A stretch of 64,000 nt of DNA from a virus. Its lineage: Duplodnaviria; Caudoviricetes. The stretch spans positions 32,001-96,000 of the IMG/VR virus record IMGVR_UViG_3300033120_000574; one strand, given 5' to 3'. Below the pieces are notes generated by a model. The model was not told the origin of the DNA. It did not search any database and saw nothing but the letters and a program-made list of their open reading frames with translations. This document shows positions 1 to 8,424 of this stretch, in pieces. The position numbers were made by a program, and so were the translations under genes. Every line of letters begins with the position of its first letter. Position 1 is the first letter of the stretch.

Positions 1-479
1 CTAGTAGCTAACAGTGAACCAAGCGTTTGATTTAGCTGGCCTATGACTTCAGACTGTACTTCACCAACGGAAGATAACGTAACAGCTTCTAGTGTGCTGG
101 CTACGTTGGAATTAATTCTTACTTGCCCAGTGCCACTGCTTACTGCATTTGTAAGTGTGTTTGCACTTACTGCATGAATTGGCGCAACGCCTGTAGTAGC
201 GACAGTTAGTAGGTCTAGGGTGTTGGTGCTAGACCCAGTGGAAACAGTGGTACCTGCGCTGGATACAGTAGCAGCACTCAGGGTAGTTGCAGTGGTACCC
301 ACCACCAAGACAGTACCAGTACTTAGTACAGCGAGTGACCCTAAAGTAGTTGTACTAGTTCCTACGACCGTAACAGCGCCAGCACTCGAACTAGTAAGAG
401 TTCCTAGTGTGGCGTTTACTGTTCCTACGACCGCGCTTGCTGTGGTTTCGTCGAAGAATTCGAAAAGAATCCTAGACAT
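1..479 (-). CDS. Thr/Ser/Val-rich repetitive virion or fibre protein (partial; 3' end lies beyond the window)
   Basis: Not in the ORF track. ATG at 479-477 with GGAGGA upstream, frame open to the window edge: MSRILFEFFDETTASAVVGTVNATLGTLTSSSAGAVTVVGTSTTTLGSLAVLSTGTV..., with about 21-aa periodicity. Confidence 0.75.
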   Translation of the reverse strand, partial: MSRILFEFFDETTASAVVGTVNATLGTLTSSSAGAVTVVGTSTTTLGSLAVLSTGTVLVVGTTATTLSAATVSSAGTTVSTGSSTNTLDLLTVATTGVAPIHAVSANTLTNAVSSGTGQVRINSNVASTLEAVTLSSVGEVQSEVIGQLNQTLGSLLAT

Positions 480-491
480 GGATTCCTCCGA

Positions 492-1142
492 TCATCTGTT
501 TAGTAGCGCAAAGGTTACCCCTGCTGCTGGAATTCCTGTGAATCCGCCACCAACAGTAATGGCTTTGGTTGTGCCATCATATGCAGTTACTCTCTTTACT
601 TGCCCGATTAAGGCACCACTTGTAATACGAACAAGATTGTCTTTCCAGTAGTCATCCACACTTTCGCTCAAATCAGTAACAAAAGTAGAAGCTGTATTAC
701 CTGCATCAAATACAACTACAGAAGTCTCTTCTGGTTGTGCTAACCAAACAGCTGCTGCAATAGCTGTAGGATCTCCACCAGCTGCAATCTGTGTAAGAGA
801 AGAAGTTTCTAATCTAGTTTGAACAAGAAAACTTCCCAACGTATTTGTAAATATTGAGTCTCCTGCGTTGTTTGGATACAAGTTTCCAACGAGAGTAAGA
901 GTGTGATCTTCCTCTCTTGGACGGATTACCCAACCGTCTAGAGTATTTAAGAAAAAGTAATCCCCTTGAAACCTACCACCACCTAAAGCTTGCCCACCAT
1001 TTGCTGTGAAGGCAAATACCCAAGGAGACCCAACACCACTAAGTACCCAGTCTTTCCAACGAGAGTAAATAGTTACAACTGGAATCTCATCTCCATCGGA
1101 TGCTTCAAGAATTATAAGAGAGTTAGGTCCATCGAAAATCAT
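492..1142 (-). CDS. Putative virion structural protein
   Basis: 216-aa ORF. Its C-terminal beta domain (DDYWKDNLVRITSGALIGQVKRVTAYDGTTKAITV) resembles inserts in the sheath and baseplate proteins of this window. Confidence 0.6.
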   Translation of the reverse strand: MIFDGPNSLIILEASDGDEIPVVTIYSRWKDWVLSGVGSPWVFAFTANGGQALGGGRFQGDYFFLNTLDGWVIRPREEDHTLTLVGNLYPNNAGDSIFTNTLGSFLVQTRLETSSLTQIAAGGDPTAIAAAVWLAQPEETSVVVFDAGNTASTFVTDLSESVDDYWKDNLVRITSGALIGQVKRVTAYDGTTKAITVGGGFTGIPAAGVTFALLNR

Positions 1143-1150
1143 ATTCTCTC

Positions 1151-4100
1151 CTATGGAGTGTATTGCAAATCAGTTGTTAGTGAAAGTGGAATAGAGATAT
1201 CTGCATTCGATGAAACATCAAAATAACTCAAACGTTGCAAATAGTTAGCTTCTCTAGCAACAACTATGTTAACAGCATTGTAAGTATCTACTGGAATAGA
1301 GAATGAAGCTTTGCCAGTACCTCCAGTAACAGTGGCTTCACCGATCAGGTCAATAGCAATGTCTCCGTCATACACACGTACAATTGTACCATTTGGAAGA
1401 CCAGTCACTTCTAAATTAAAGAAGTCTAGGGGGTACTTTGTATTTCTAGACGTGGTTGTTGACCCCGTAAAAACATACAATGCTGTAATCGCTGCAACGT
1501 TAGTAGCTACTGTAGTAAACCTCCATTTAAGGTTAAATCCATTCAGGAACGATGGAACAACTTCCGTTGGCAACCTGAAGAATGTTAGCGTTCCTGACAC
1601 AGTGCCAATGTTTGGAAGGCTTACAGTTATGTTAGTTGAAGAGTCTACAGACACAACAGTTGCATACACAGCTACGTTAGTTCCAGAGATGTAGTCACCT
1701 ACGCTAACTCCAGTAGTATCTGTCATTGTGACAGTAGTGCTTGCACTTGCGCCTCCACCACCTGTTCGTGGATAAGCAAGATTCTTCCAAGAAGAATAAC
1801 CATTTCCATCTCGCAAATCGATTTGATATTCTATGTGATGGTTGCTTAGTGTACCACCAAGCATAACGGGTAATGCTCTACAGAAATGGGTATATCCAAG
1901 TATCTGATACGGTGTTGTGAATACCACTTGGTCGCCAATGGTAGGCATGTAGAGTTGCCCTGCGCTGGTAAATGTAGGAGTCCCTGCAGTGACAGTAACC
2001 TGTGCCGCTGTGTTAGCTGTTGGTTCATTCATCTGAATAGCAATGCGACTAGCAACTTCTTCAAAGTCCATAGTTCCAGATGTGCCACCAGCGTTTAAAC
2101 AAGTGAAAGAAAACGTATCAGGAGTCAATGCAGTTATAGTTTTCACACCACGAACAACTGCAGCTGTATCCGAGCACACGATAACATTGATAAAATCACC
2201 AGTACGCAAACCGTGATTGACCGATGTGACCGTTGCTGTAGTACTGCTACGTGTCCATGGAATGAAAAATCTATCTGGAGAAAGCTCTTGGAAATGCCCA
2301 TCATACCAATGTGTTCCGTATGTAGAAGTCTGTGCTGTAAATGGAGTAAGAGCCTCTACACCACGTGCAGTCATATTGAGTGCTGGCAACAATAGAGTAC
2401 CCCATTGTGACCCATACACGTTGTCAAATACTATCCTGGTAGAACTGTTATCACTAGACAACAAAAATTGTCTAAGGTTACTTAGGTACACTTGTTGTAC
2501 ACGTATGTCCACAGATGACGCTAACACCAACAAAGCTCCAACTACTGTAGGAGTGTAAGATAACGTTCCGCTAGTGCTTCCTGCGTTTAATGCTGCAAAC
2601 GTAAATGTGTCTGCAGTTGGCACAGTTGCTATTGTCTTGGAAGCAACTGTTATCGCTGCAATATCTGAGGATATACTTACATATACAGAATCTCCAACCT
2701 TCAAACCGTGTGCTACAGAGGTAACAGTCGCAGTAGTACCGCTGCGCGACCACGATACAGCGTTTACAGGGGGTGCACCACAGTCTAATGGACCAGTAGA
2801 TGAACCAAACTGTCTAATGTCTATGCGAGCGCAACCAGCGGAGATATTAACAAATCCTAGGTATGGGCCAGACATGAATAAACCACCCATACTAAAATTA
2901 CGCAGTACTATGTCATTGCATACAGACAAGCTAGCCGCATAAACACCTGCAGTAGAGTTGGTGCTTCCAGCGATGCGATCATAATATTGAACGTCTTCAA
3001 TTACACAGCTTGAACAGTTGGTCATGAAAATACTTCCACAACCGAGTACACACGCATTCCACAAAGAATTTTGCACACGGGTAGCTGACCAGGCACCAGC
3101 ACCAACGTTTCCACGTTGTAAGAACGAGTGCGTTCTAACTTGTAGGAACTGTAGGTTAGCACAATCACTAACAGAGCAAATAAAGTTAGATGCGCTTGTT
3201 AGTGAAGCTCGTGTACATGTCAAGTTTGTGAATGTACCTCCAGCAAGACACAAGTTTAAAAACAAAGGAGTGTTTACTTGTGCTGCTGTTTGGCCAACGA
3301 GCACGTCAGTAACTTCAATAGCAGTTGCACACTCTAGGATAGTGATGGTTTCCAATACGCCACTGTACAATACACGCACTGCATATGGTTGTGTGAATTG
3401 TGTATGCCAAGCAAGACACATGTTTTCTATATCTATTGTTCCTGCTCCAGTTGTTGTGAAGTCATAACGTGTTGCCAACGTAGCATTAGGTACTGCATTG
3501 GTGTTCATCGCTCCTGCAGTAACGTTAATCGTGATTACGTTTGGAGTCCTAATGCGCAAGCCTGCCGCTGGAAGAAAGCCGTTTGTATTGGTTCCATCTG
3601 TGCCAAAACGAAGTAACCCTTGAGAAGAAATCCAACACATTTTTCCACGAATTGTGTCGTTTGCAATGGTACCCACGCCAACCAAAGAACCTGCACAAGG
3701 GTAGTGTTCAAACTCACCAGTTCCAACAGCAGTTTCTACCCAAACACCTGGATAATATGTATTTGCTTGCGATGCTGGAAGTTGATATGTGGTCGCACTA
3801 GACCCAGACGTAGTGTAAAGCTCAAACCAATTACCACGAACAGTAAACTTACCCGTACGTGAAATTGTCATTGTGGCTGCTTCTACACCAACAACCTCAA
3901 TCCAACCAACAATGTCTGGGCCGGTAGCTGTGCATGCAGGACCTGTAATTGCTCCTGCTGCGAAGTCACCACCAGTTTTGTTCTTTACTTTTACCCAACC
4001 AGTGGTGGGCATTGCTGCTCCAGCAGCTGTGGGTGCTGCATTTAGAGCGGACCACACACCCAACAATACAGCAGTTACACCACCTTGTGTAACCGTAGTA

Positions 4101-4366
4101 CCCGTTGCAGGTACGTTTCCAGTTCCCGTATTATACGGGATAACACGAACGTTATTGCCATCAATATATACTTCACCACCAGAAGCGGCTGAGATGGTTA
4201 CTGGACCCAAGTTTCCAGTAGTAGCTGTTGCATTAGTGCAGTAACGCGTATCTGTGTCTATTGTTAGTCGTGCGTTCAACGACAAGTTATACGTATCATT
4301 TCCAGCACGTGTGGAAAAGAACGCTTCATCAAATGTGCGGTTTGAGTTAACAGTAAACGTTGCCAT
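1151..4366 (-). CDS. Large fibre or spike-like virion protein (beta-helix region with inserted beta-domain repeats)
   Basis: 1071 aa, Thr/Gly/Ala-rich, with a beta-helix-like central region and two copies of W(S/T)RS(G/S)TTATVTSV(A/N)HGL..GD...TF(T/S)F. Confidence 0.6.
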   Translation of the reverse strand: MATFTVNSNRTFDEAFFSTRAGNDTYNLSLNARLTIDTDTRYCTNATATTGNLGPVTISAASGGEVYIDGNNVRVIPYNTGTGNVPATGTTVTQGGVTAVLLGVWSALNAAPTAAGAAMPTTGWVKVKNKTGGDFAAGAITGPACTATGPDIVGWIEVVGVEAATMTISRTGKFTVRGNWFELYTTSGSSATTYQLPASQANTYYPGVWVETAVGTGEFEHYPCAGSLVGVGTIANDTIRGKMCWISSQGLLRFGTDGTNTNGFLPAAGLRIRTPNVITINVTAGAMNTNAVPNATLATRYDFTTTGAGTIDIENMCLAWHTQFTQPYAVRVLYSGVLETITILECATAIEVTDVLVGQTAAQVNTPLFLNLCLAGGTFTNLTCTRASLTSASNFICSVSDCANLQFLQVRTHSFLQRGNVGAGAWSATRVQNSLWNACVLGCGSIFMTNCSSCVIEDVQYYDRIAGSTNSTAGVYAASLSVCNDIVLRNFSMGGLFMSGPYLGFVNISAGCARIDIRQFGSSTGPLDCGAPPVNAVSWSRSGTTATVTSVAHGLKVGDSVYVSISSDIAAITVASKTIATVPTADTFTFAALNAGSTSGTLSYTPTVVGALLVLASSVDIRVQQVYLSNLRQFLLSSDNSSTRIVFDNVYGSQWGTLLLPALNMTARGVEALTPFTAQTSTYGTHWYDGHFQELSPDRFFIPWTRSSTTATVTSVNHGLRTGDFINVIVCSDTAAVVRGVKTITALTPDTFSFTCLNAGGTSGTMDFEEVASRIAIQMNEPTANTAAQVTVTAGTPTFTSAGQLYMPTIGDQVVFTTPYQILGYTHFCRALPVMLGGTLSNHHIEYQIDLRDGNGYSSWKNLAYPRTGGGGASASTTVTMTDTTGVSVGDYISGTNVAVYATVVSVDSSTNITVSLPNIGTVSGTLTFFRLPTEVVPSFLNGFNLKWRFTTVATNVAAITALYVFTGSTTTSRNTKYPLDFFNLEVTGLPNGTIVRVYDGDIAIDLIGEATVTGGTGKASFSIPVDTYNAVNIVVAREANYLQRLSYFDVSSNADISIPLSLTTDLQYTP

Positions 4367-4369
4367 GGA

Positions 4370-4777
4370 TTAGGCGTTTCCGTCCGTAAGTGTGAAAGAT
4401 GTGATTGTTACTTGTTGACCGGTAGCAAGAGACGTGTTGTCTAGTGTCATGTCACCGCCACCACCAGTAATGGTTACGGTTCCTTGTAGACCGCATACCG
4501 TTCCAGCGGAGTCGTAGAGTCTAAAGTGCGCTGCTGTGCCTGTAGCGTCTGCTGACAAGTCTTGCCACACACCTGACAGTGCTTTGCTACCGGCTGAGGC
4601 GGCTGCCATCCAATCTGCCGGAAGTGTCAACGTAGCCAATACCGTGCCAGAGTCTGCAGTTGCACAGGTTGCAGGAGGCGGACCTGATCTAATACGCAAA
4701 ACAGCAGTAGCACCAATAGTACTCTCAATAACATCTAGACGTGCGTTGCGTACAGCAATAGAAAGTTGAATGGCCAT
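4370..4777 (-). CDS. Small virion structural protein
   Basis: MAIQLSIAVRNARLD...ADATGTAAHFRLYDS...GGGGDMTLDNTSLATGQQVTITSFTLT. GAGGA SD lies just before the ATG at 4777. Pattern typical of small phage structural proteins preceding fibre genes. Confidence 0.65.
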   Translation of the reverse strand: MAIQLSIAVRNARLDVIESTIGATAVLRIRSGPPPATCATADSGTVLATLTLPADWMAAASAGSKALSGVWQDLSADATGTAAHFRLYDSAGTVCGLQGTVTITGGGGDMTLDNTSLATGQQVTITSFTLTDGNA

Positions 4778-4891
4778 ATAGTTCCTCAATCGCTTAGTTG
4801 AAATGACCTGTCGGTTTGAGGATACGTATGCCGTATTAACCTTGACAGGTTCTGTTGCAACTAATCTAGCAGATTGAGCCCTATATGGCCA
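4771..4891 (-). promoter_or_regulatory. Long imperfect RNA hairpin occluding the RBS and ATG of the downstream gene
   Basis: Nested complementary blocks: 4771-4781/4881-4891, 4785-4791/4872-4878, 4794-4800/4858-4864, 4806-4812/4844-4850, 4813-4816/4838-4841, 4822-4826/4832-4836. Confidence 0.75.
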
Positions 4892-4897
4892 CGTATA

Positions 4898-5077
4898 TTA
4901 CTTCGTAGTTTCAAGTGGAGGTAAACCCTCATCTTCCCTAACCATGTTTACCGTCCGCTGGTCAGGTAGCTTTGATTTCAAGACACGTACCTCAGATTCT
5001 AGCTTACCAACTCTATCTAATAGCTTGTATACTTTTTGCTCAAGATTGTAAATCTGTTGTTCTTGATGTAGACTCAT
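4898..5077 (-). CDS. Small coiled-coil hypothetical protein (59 aa)
   Basis: Below the ORF-track cutoff. ATGA overlap with the upstream gene; MSLHQEQQIYNLEQKVYKLLDRVGKLESEVRVLKSKLPDQRTVNMVREDEGLPPLETTK. Confidence 0.7.
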   Translation of the reverse strand: MSLHQEQQIYNLEQKVYKLLDRVGKLESEVRVLKSKLPDQRTVNMVREDEGLPPLETTK

Positions 5078-5274
5078 TGTTTACCTTCAATAATTTGATC
5101 CAGTCCACACACAGCAGCAGCAAGTGTAATAGCAGAGTGTGAGACTGTGTTAACGCCCTGAACGCCTGTGGCTGTGAAAGAGCCCCACAGGACACTAAAG
5201 TTCACAGTCATTGCATGTTTCCGCATCAAAAGTTCTAGTTCTTCAACACTTAAATTGCTGTTCATTTTGTCCAT
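5074..5274 (-). CDS. Hypothetical protein
   Basis: 66-aa ORF in the packed minus-strand run. Confidence 0.55.
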   Translation of the reverse strand: MDKMNSNLSVEELELLMRKHAMTVNFSVLWGSFTATGVQGVNTVSHSAITLAAAVCGLDQIIEGKQ

Positions 5275-5702
5275 TCCTTTGGAAAGTTGATCTTAGCTAT
5301 GGCTTGTTGTGCAGCAGCTACTTCGTAATACAGTTCATCAAGGTTCTTATTCTTCTCTGCAAGAGCTTTAGTCAAAAACCTTACTTGTTCACGAAGTTCA
5401 TTACGTTCCGCCAACAGAGGAGAAAACCCAACACCATCTGGTTCTGCTTTTGCATCATCACTGCTAACCGTACAAAGAGCACAGCCTATGCGATGCTCAT
5501 TGCACTTACAACAGCTTGGGTGAACCTGTGGTGCTAACTCAAGTTCTTCCGGAAGATAGTTTCCGCCGTTGTATGGTTGCAGACAGCCGACAACATCCCA
5601 CTTAACATTCACGCTGTTGGCTTTGGGTTGATATCTAACAGTGCCGTGTTCTCGGTTCCACGGTCCGTTTACTAGACGGACTCTGTCATTAGTCTTAAAC
5701 AT
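5262..5702 (-). CDS. Hypothetical protein (SH3/KOW-like N-terminus, Cys cluster, coiled coil)
   Basis: FKTNDRVRLVNGPW..HGTV; CCKC...CALC; heptad-pattern C-terminus; GAGGA SD. Confidence 0.6.
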   Translation of the reverse strand: MFKTNDRVRLVNGPWNREHGTVRYQPKANSVNVKWDVVGCLQPYNGGNYLPEELELAPQVHPSCCKCNEHRIGCALCTVSSDDAKAEPDGVGFSPLLAERNELREQVRFLTKALAEKNKNLDELYYEVAAAQQAIAKINFPKEWTK

Positions 5703-5708
5703 AGATCC

Positions 5709-6380
5709 TCACAGATGAATGACGGTTGGCAGCCAGTGAGCCTTGCCTGTAGAGTCACCTTGGCAGGCTGCATTCACGACTATGGTGCCAAAGTCAGTAG
5801 CGTGCACTCCAAATCCGCCATGAATGTGACCACAAATATGGTACTTAGGGCGAACAACCTTGAGTCGTGCAAGCAGACCTAAGTCGCCAACACATATTCT
5901 GTTGTTGGCATCGTACATATCATCCACTTCATCAGCAATGCCAAGCGGTGGACCATGAGAAACAACAATGTCCGTTCGCTCTGGAATCTGCTTCCAATGT
6001 TCTTTACACGTGAGCTTTCCACTTCCACTGTCTCGCTTTAACTGAAATGCCCAACCATGTCCAAACTCAGGCGTATAAGGACTGCCCCAAATATACTTGC
6101 CCATTATCTCGATACCCGATTGGTTGAGATAATGAATATTGTATGTTTTGCACAGATCTTCAACAACCTCTGAGTTGTTTTGACAAAAGATATCGTGGTT
6201 GCCTGCGATGATTACCTTGTGTTTTATTTGTCCGTGGTTAGCAAGCCACTTCACAAAGTCTTCAACTTCTGAGAAACGACCTGCATTTGTGAAGTCTCCT
6301 GCATGAATCAAGAGGTCACAAGGAGGTAAAGACAGTTTACGATGCACACTGTGTGTGTCACTAATACATACAATTTTCAT
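5709..6380 (-). CDS. Calcineurin-like metallophosphoesterase
   Basis: Motifs ISDTH, HAGDFT, IAGNHD, SHGPP, CGHIH. Start taken at MKIVCISD (6380). Confidence 0.9.
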   Translation of the reverse strand: MKIVCISDTHSVHRKLSLPPCDLLIHAGDFTNAGRFSEVEDFVKWLANHGQIKHKVIIAGNHDIFCQNNSEVVEDLCKTYNIHYLNQSGIEIMGKYIWGSPYTPEFGHGWAFQLKRDSGSGKLTCKEHWKQIPERTDIVVSHGPPLGIADEVDDMYDANNRICVGDLGLLARLKVVRPKYHICGHIHGGFGVHATDFGTIVVNAACQGDSTGKAHWLPTVIHL

Positions 6381-6529
6381 TTGAATTCCCTGTCTGCTTT
6401 GATTTTGAAAGCAAGTCCTTGCTTTAGGATTTGTTTGGATAACGTGTGTACACGGGTAGCAATACGAAAGCACACTATTGAGAGGTAATAGTGTGCGTAT
6501 TGTCTCTTTAGTTTGAAGAACTGCTTCAT
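6377..6529 (-). CDS. Small basic hypothetical protein (50 aa)
   Basis: MKQFFKLKRQYAHYYLSIVCFRIATRVHTLSKQILKQGLAFKIKADREFK; ATGA overlaps at both ends. Confidence 0.55.
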   Translation of the reverse strand: MKQFFKLKRQYAHYYLSIVCFRIATRVHTLSKQILKQGLAFKIKADREFK

Positions 6530-6780
6530 TGCATGTCGAAGTGCCATTCTTTAGCTTGTGCAATCTTGATCCCCAAGTCAATACCGTGTCGCATAATATC
6601 TACAACTTGAGGACGCGGAATGCGACTATGTTTATCTACGTAGTCTTCCAAAAGACAACCCAAGTACGCTTCAAACTGTTCCTCTTTAGGTAAAGCCAGA
6701 ACACGGTAAGTTTGGTCTGTTCGTGTCTGTATAAGCTGTACACGCTCTCTATCGAGAAACAAAACAAGATTCATGCTCAT
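6526..6780 (-). CDS. Hypothetical protein
   Basis: 84-aa ORF, SD AGGA. Confidence 0.55.
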   Translation of the reverse strand: MSMNLVLFLDRERVQLIQTRTDQTYRVLALPKEEQFEAYLGCLLEDYVDKHSRIPRPQVVDIMRHGIDLGIKIAQAKEWHFDMQ

Positions 6781-6786
6781 GGAATC

Positions 6787-7122
6787 CTACCTACCTGCCA
6801 AACGTTGGCCAGTCCAAGTGTTAGCAGTGCGTTTTGCAATGAATTGCATAGCTGCAGATTGCACGCGAGCGGCTTCTTGTAATGCCTTGTACAAGGCTTT
6901 AATAGCTATTTGTGGAGACACGTACCCACCCGTGGCTTCAATGCCAGCAGCATATGCATTCCACGTCTCTGTGCCATCATCCCACTTTATCATATCCAAA
7001 TACACGCACGGATCAAGAATGTTAGACTTAGTGGAAATCCACTGTTCTCCAAATTTAGAACTATAAATCTCTCTAAAGTTCATACTCAGAACAGTCTTAA
7101 TTCGTGGCTTTTTAGCTTTCAT
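6787..7122 (-). CDS. Hypothetical protein
   Basis: 111-aa ORF with ATGA coupling. Confidence 0.6.
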   Translation of the reverse strand: MKAKKPRIKTVLSMNFREIYSSKFGEQWISTKSNILDPCVYLDMIKWDDGTETWNAYAAGIEATGGYVSPQIAIKALYKALQEAARVQSAAMQFIAKRTANTWTGQRLAGR

Positions 7123-7319
7123 TTCTTCAACTCCGTTGCTTCACACTTACACATGAGAAGGATCTTGTGACACTTCTCACATTTTGGAAGTTCTTTAGGT
7201 TCTTCTTTTTTAGTCATATACCTGTTTACCAACCTATCCAATAAACCACTTCGCAGTAGTGGAAAGCCAATTGACGCAAGAACAGTCAAAAACAAAGTGA
7301 CAGTAAGAGCTATAATCAC
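7119..7319 (-). CDS. Small membrane-anchored protein with Cys cluster
   Basis: N-terminal hydrophobic helix and CEKC...CKC. Confidence 0.55.
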   Translation of the reverse strand: MIIALTVTLFLTVLASIGFPLLRSGLLDRLVNRYMTKKEEPKELPKCEKCHKILLMCKCEATELKK

Positions 7320-7969
7320 TTAAGTACTCCAAGCCCATCCTTCAATAACCACACTTTTTTGTCACTTGCCAACAATAAATCCAACGCAAAAATGTAATTA
7401 CCGGTCAAAGGACCAGTACGTATGTTGATTATTGTGGATTGCAGCTGTTGCTCTTCTTCGTGTATCCTGGCTTTGCTGTCAACGGTACCTGCCAGTGCCT
7501 GCCAACGAGGCTGAGTCATCCAGTGAAAGCGATTGTGTGTCGAAGACAGCATGCAGTACACAGGTGAATGGTTCTTTGTGAAGACAAGCAATGGAACCTT
7601 ATCTGGTGGACACTCACGCACAGTCTGTTCCCACCAAGAATGAATCTTAGTCTTGTTTGAAGTTAGGATCTGTTCAAGAGTCCAGCCTTCAACCTTCTTA
7701 GATTCTACACAGAATGGGAATGTAGAGTCAGTAGTTACCAAGTCGCCAGCCATAGAAGACGTATCAATGCCTGCAAATCCCTTAGTTGCAAATGCACCAG
7801 ATCCAGGCGTACGGAAGAACTCGGAACCCCACCAAGCAGAGAACAGTTTTGCTAACCTACGTTCAGCGCTCTGTCCCTTAGTGCGCGAGTTGATCTTCTT
7901 TTTCTTTGGTGTCTCAACCAAAACGGAAGCCACTTTTTTACTAGTGGCTTTCTTAACTGGCTTTTTCAT
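7316..7969 (-). CDS. Holliday junction resolvase (Hjc-like PD-(D/E)XK nuclease)
   Basis: NSRTKGQSAERRLAK...RTPGSGA...AGDL...FCVESKK, the pattern of large-myophage resolvases. Confidence 0.8.
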   Translation of the reverse strand: MKKPVKKATSKKVASVLVETPKKKKINSRTKGQSAERRLAKLFSAWWGSEFFRTPGSGAFATKGFAGIDTSSMAGDLVTTDSTFPFCVESKKVEGWTLEQILTSNKTKIHSWWEQTVRECPPDKVPLLVFTKNHSPVYCMLSSTHNRFHWMTQPRWQALAGTVDSKARIHEEEQQLQSTIINIRTGPLTGNYIFALDLLLASDKKVWLLKDGLGVLK

Positions 7970-8424
7970 AGATCCCACGCAAACGATTGTGATTTTGGCA
8001 ATTTAGCAGGCTTTGCTGTTGTTACTGGAACTTGGTTCTTAGCTGGACGCAAGAAATATGCAGTGGTTGCATCTATGGTCTTATATCCCTTTTTCATTTT
8101 GTCTTTAGTACGCTGACTAATGTATTGTCCAGCCAACCATTTATTATCAAACTCTTTAACCTCAGACTGTCCAAGTAAGTTAACCTTACCCCAACGAAGT
8201 ATGACCCTTATTTTATAAGAATCCATCGGTAGTGGTAGCTGTAAAGAATCTATTGCAATGCTTCCTACTACGTAGTAACTCCAATACTTGTCAGACCCGT
8301 CCTCAGTGCAATGCAGGTGAATCGTGTCATACAAGTAGTTAAACTCTTGAGGCAGCGGTGTAACTAGGTTAGCAGTGTCCAGAGTGTAGATGTCTTTTTG
8401 TGCTGAGTTAGTTAACAGATTCAT
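7966..8424 (-). CDS. WGR domain-containing protein
   Basis: GSDKYW...VILRWGKV...GQSEVKEF...KDKMKKGYK matches the WGR domain pattern. Confidence 0.7.
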   Translation of the reverse strand: MNLLTNSAQKDIYTLDTANLVTPLPQEFNYLYDTIHLHCTEDGSDKYWSYYVVGSIAIDSLQLPLPMDSYKIRVILRWGKVNLLGQSEVKEFDNKWLAGQYISQRTKDKMKKGYKTIDATTAYFLRPAKNQVPVTTAKPAKLPKSQSFAWDL

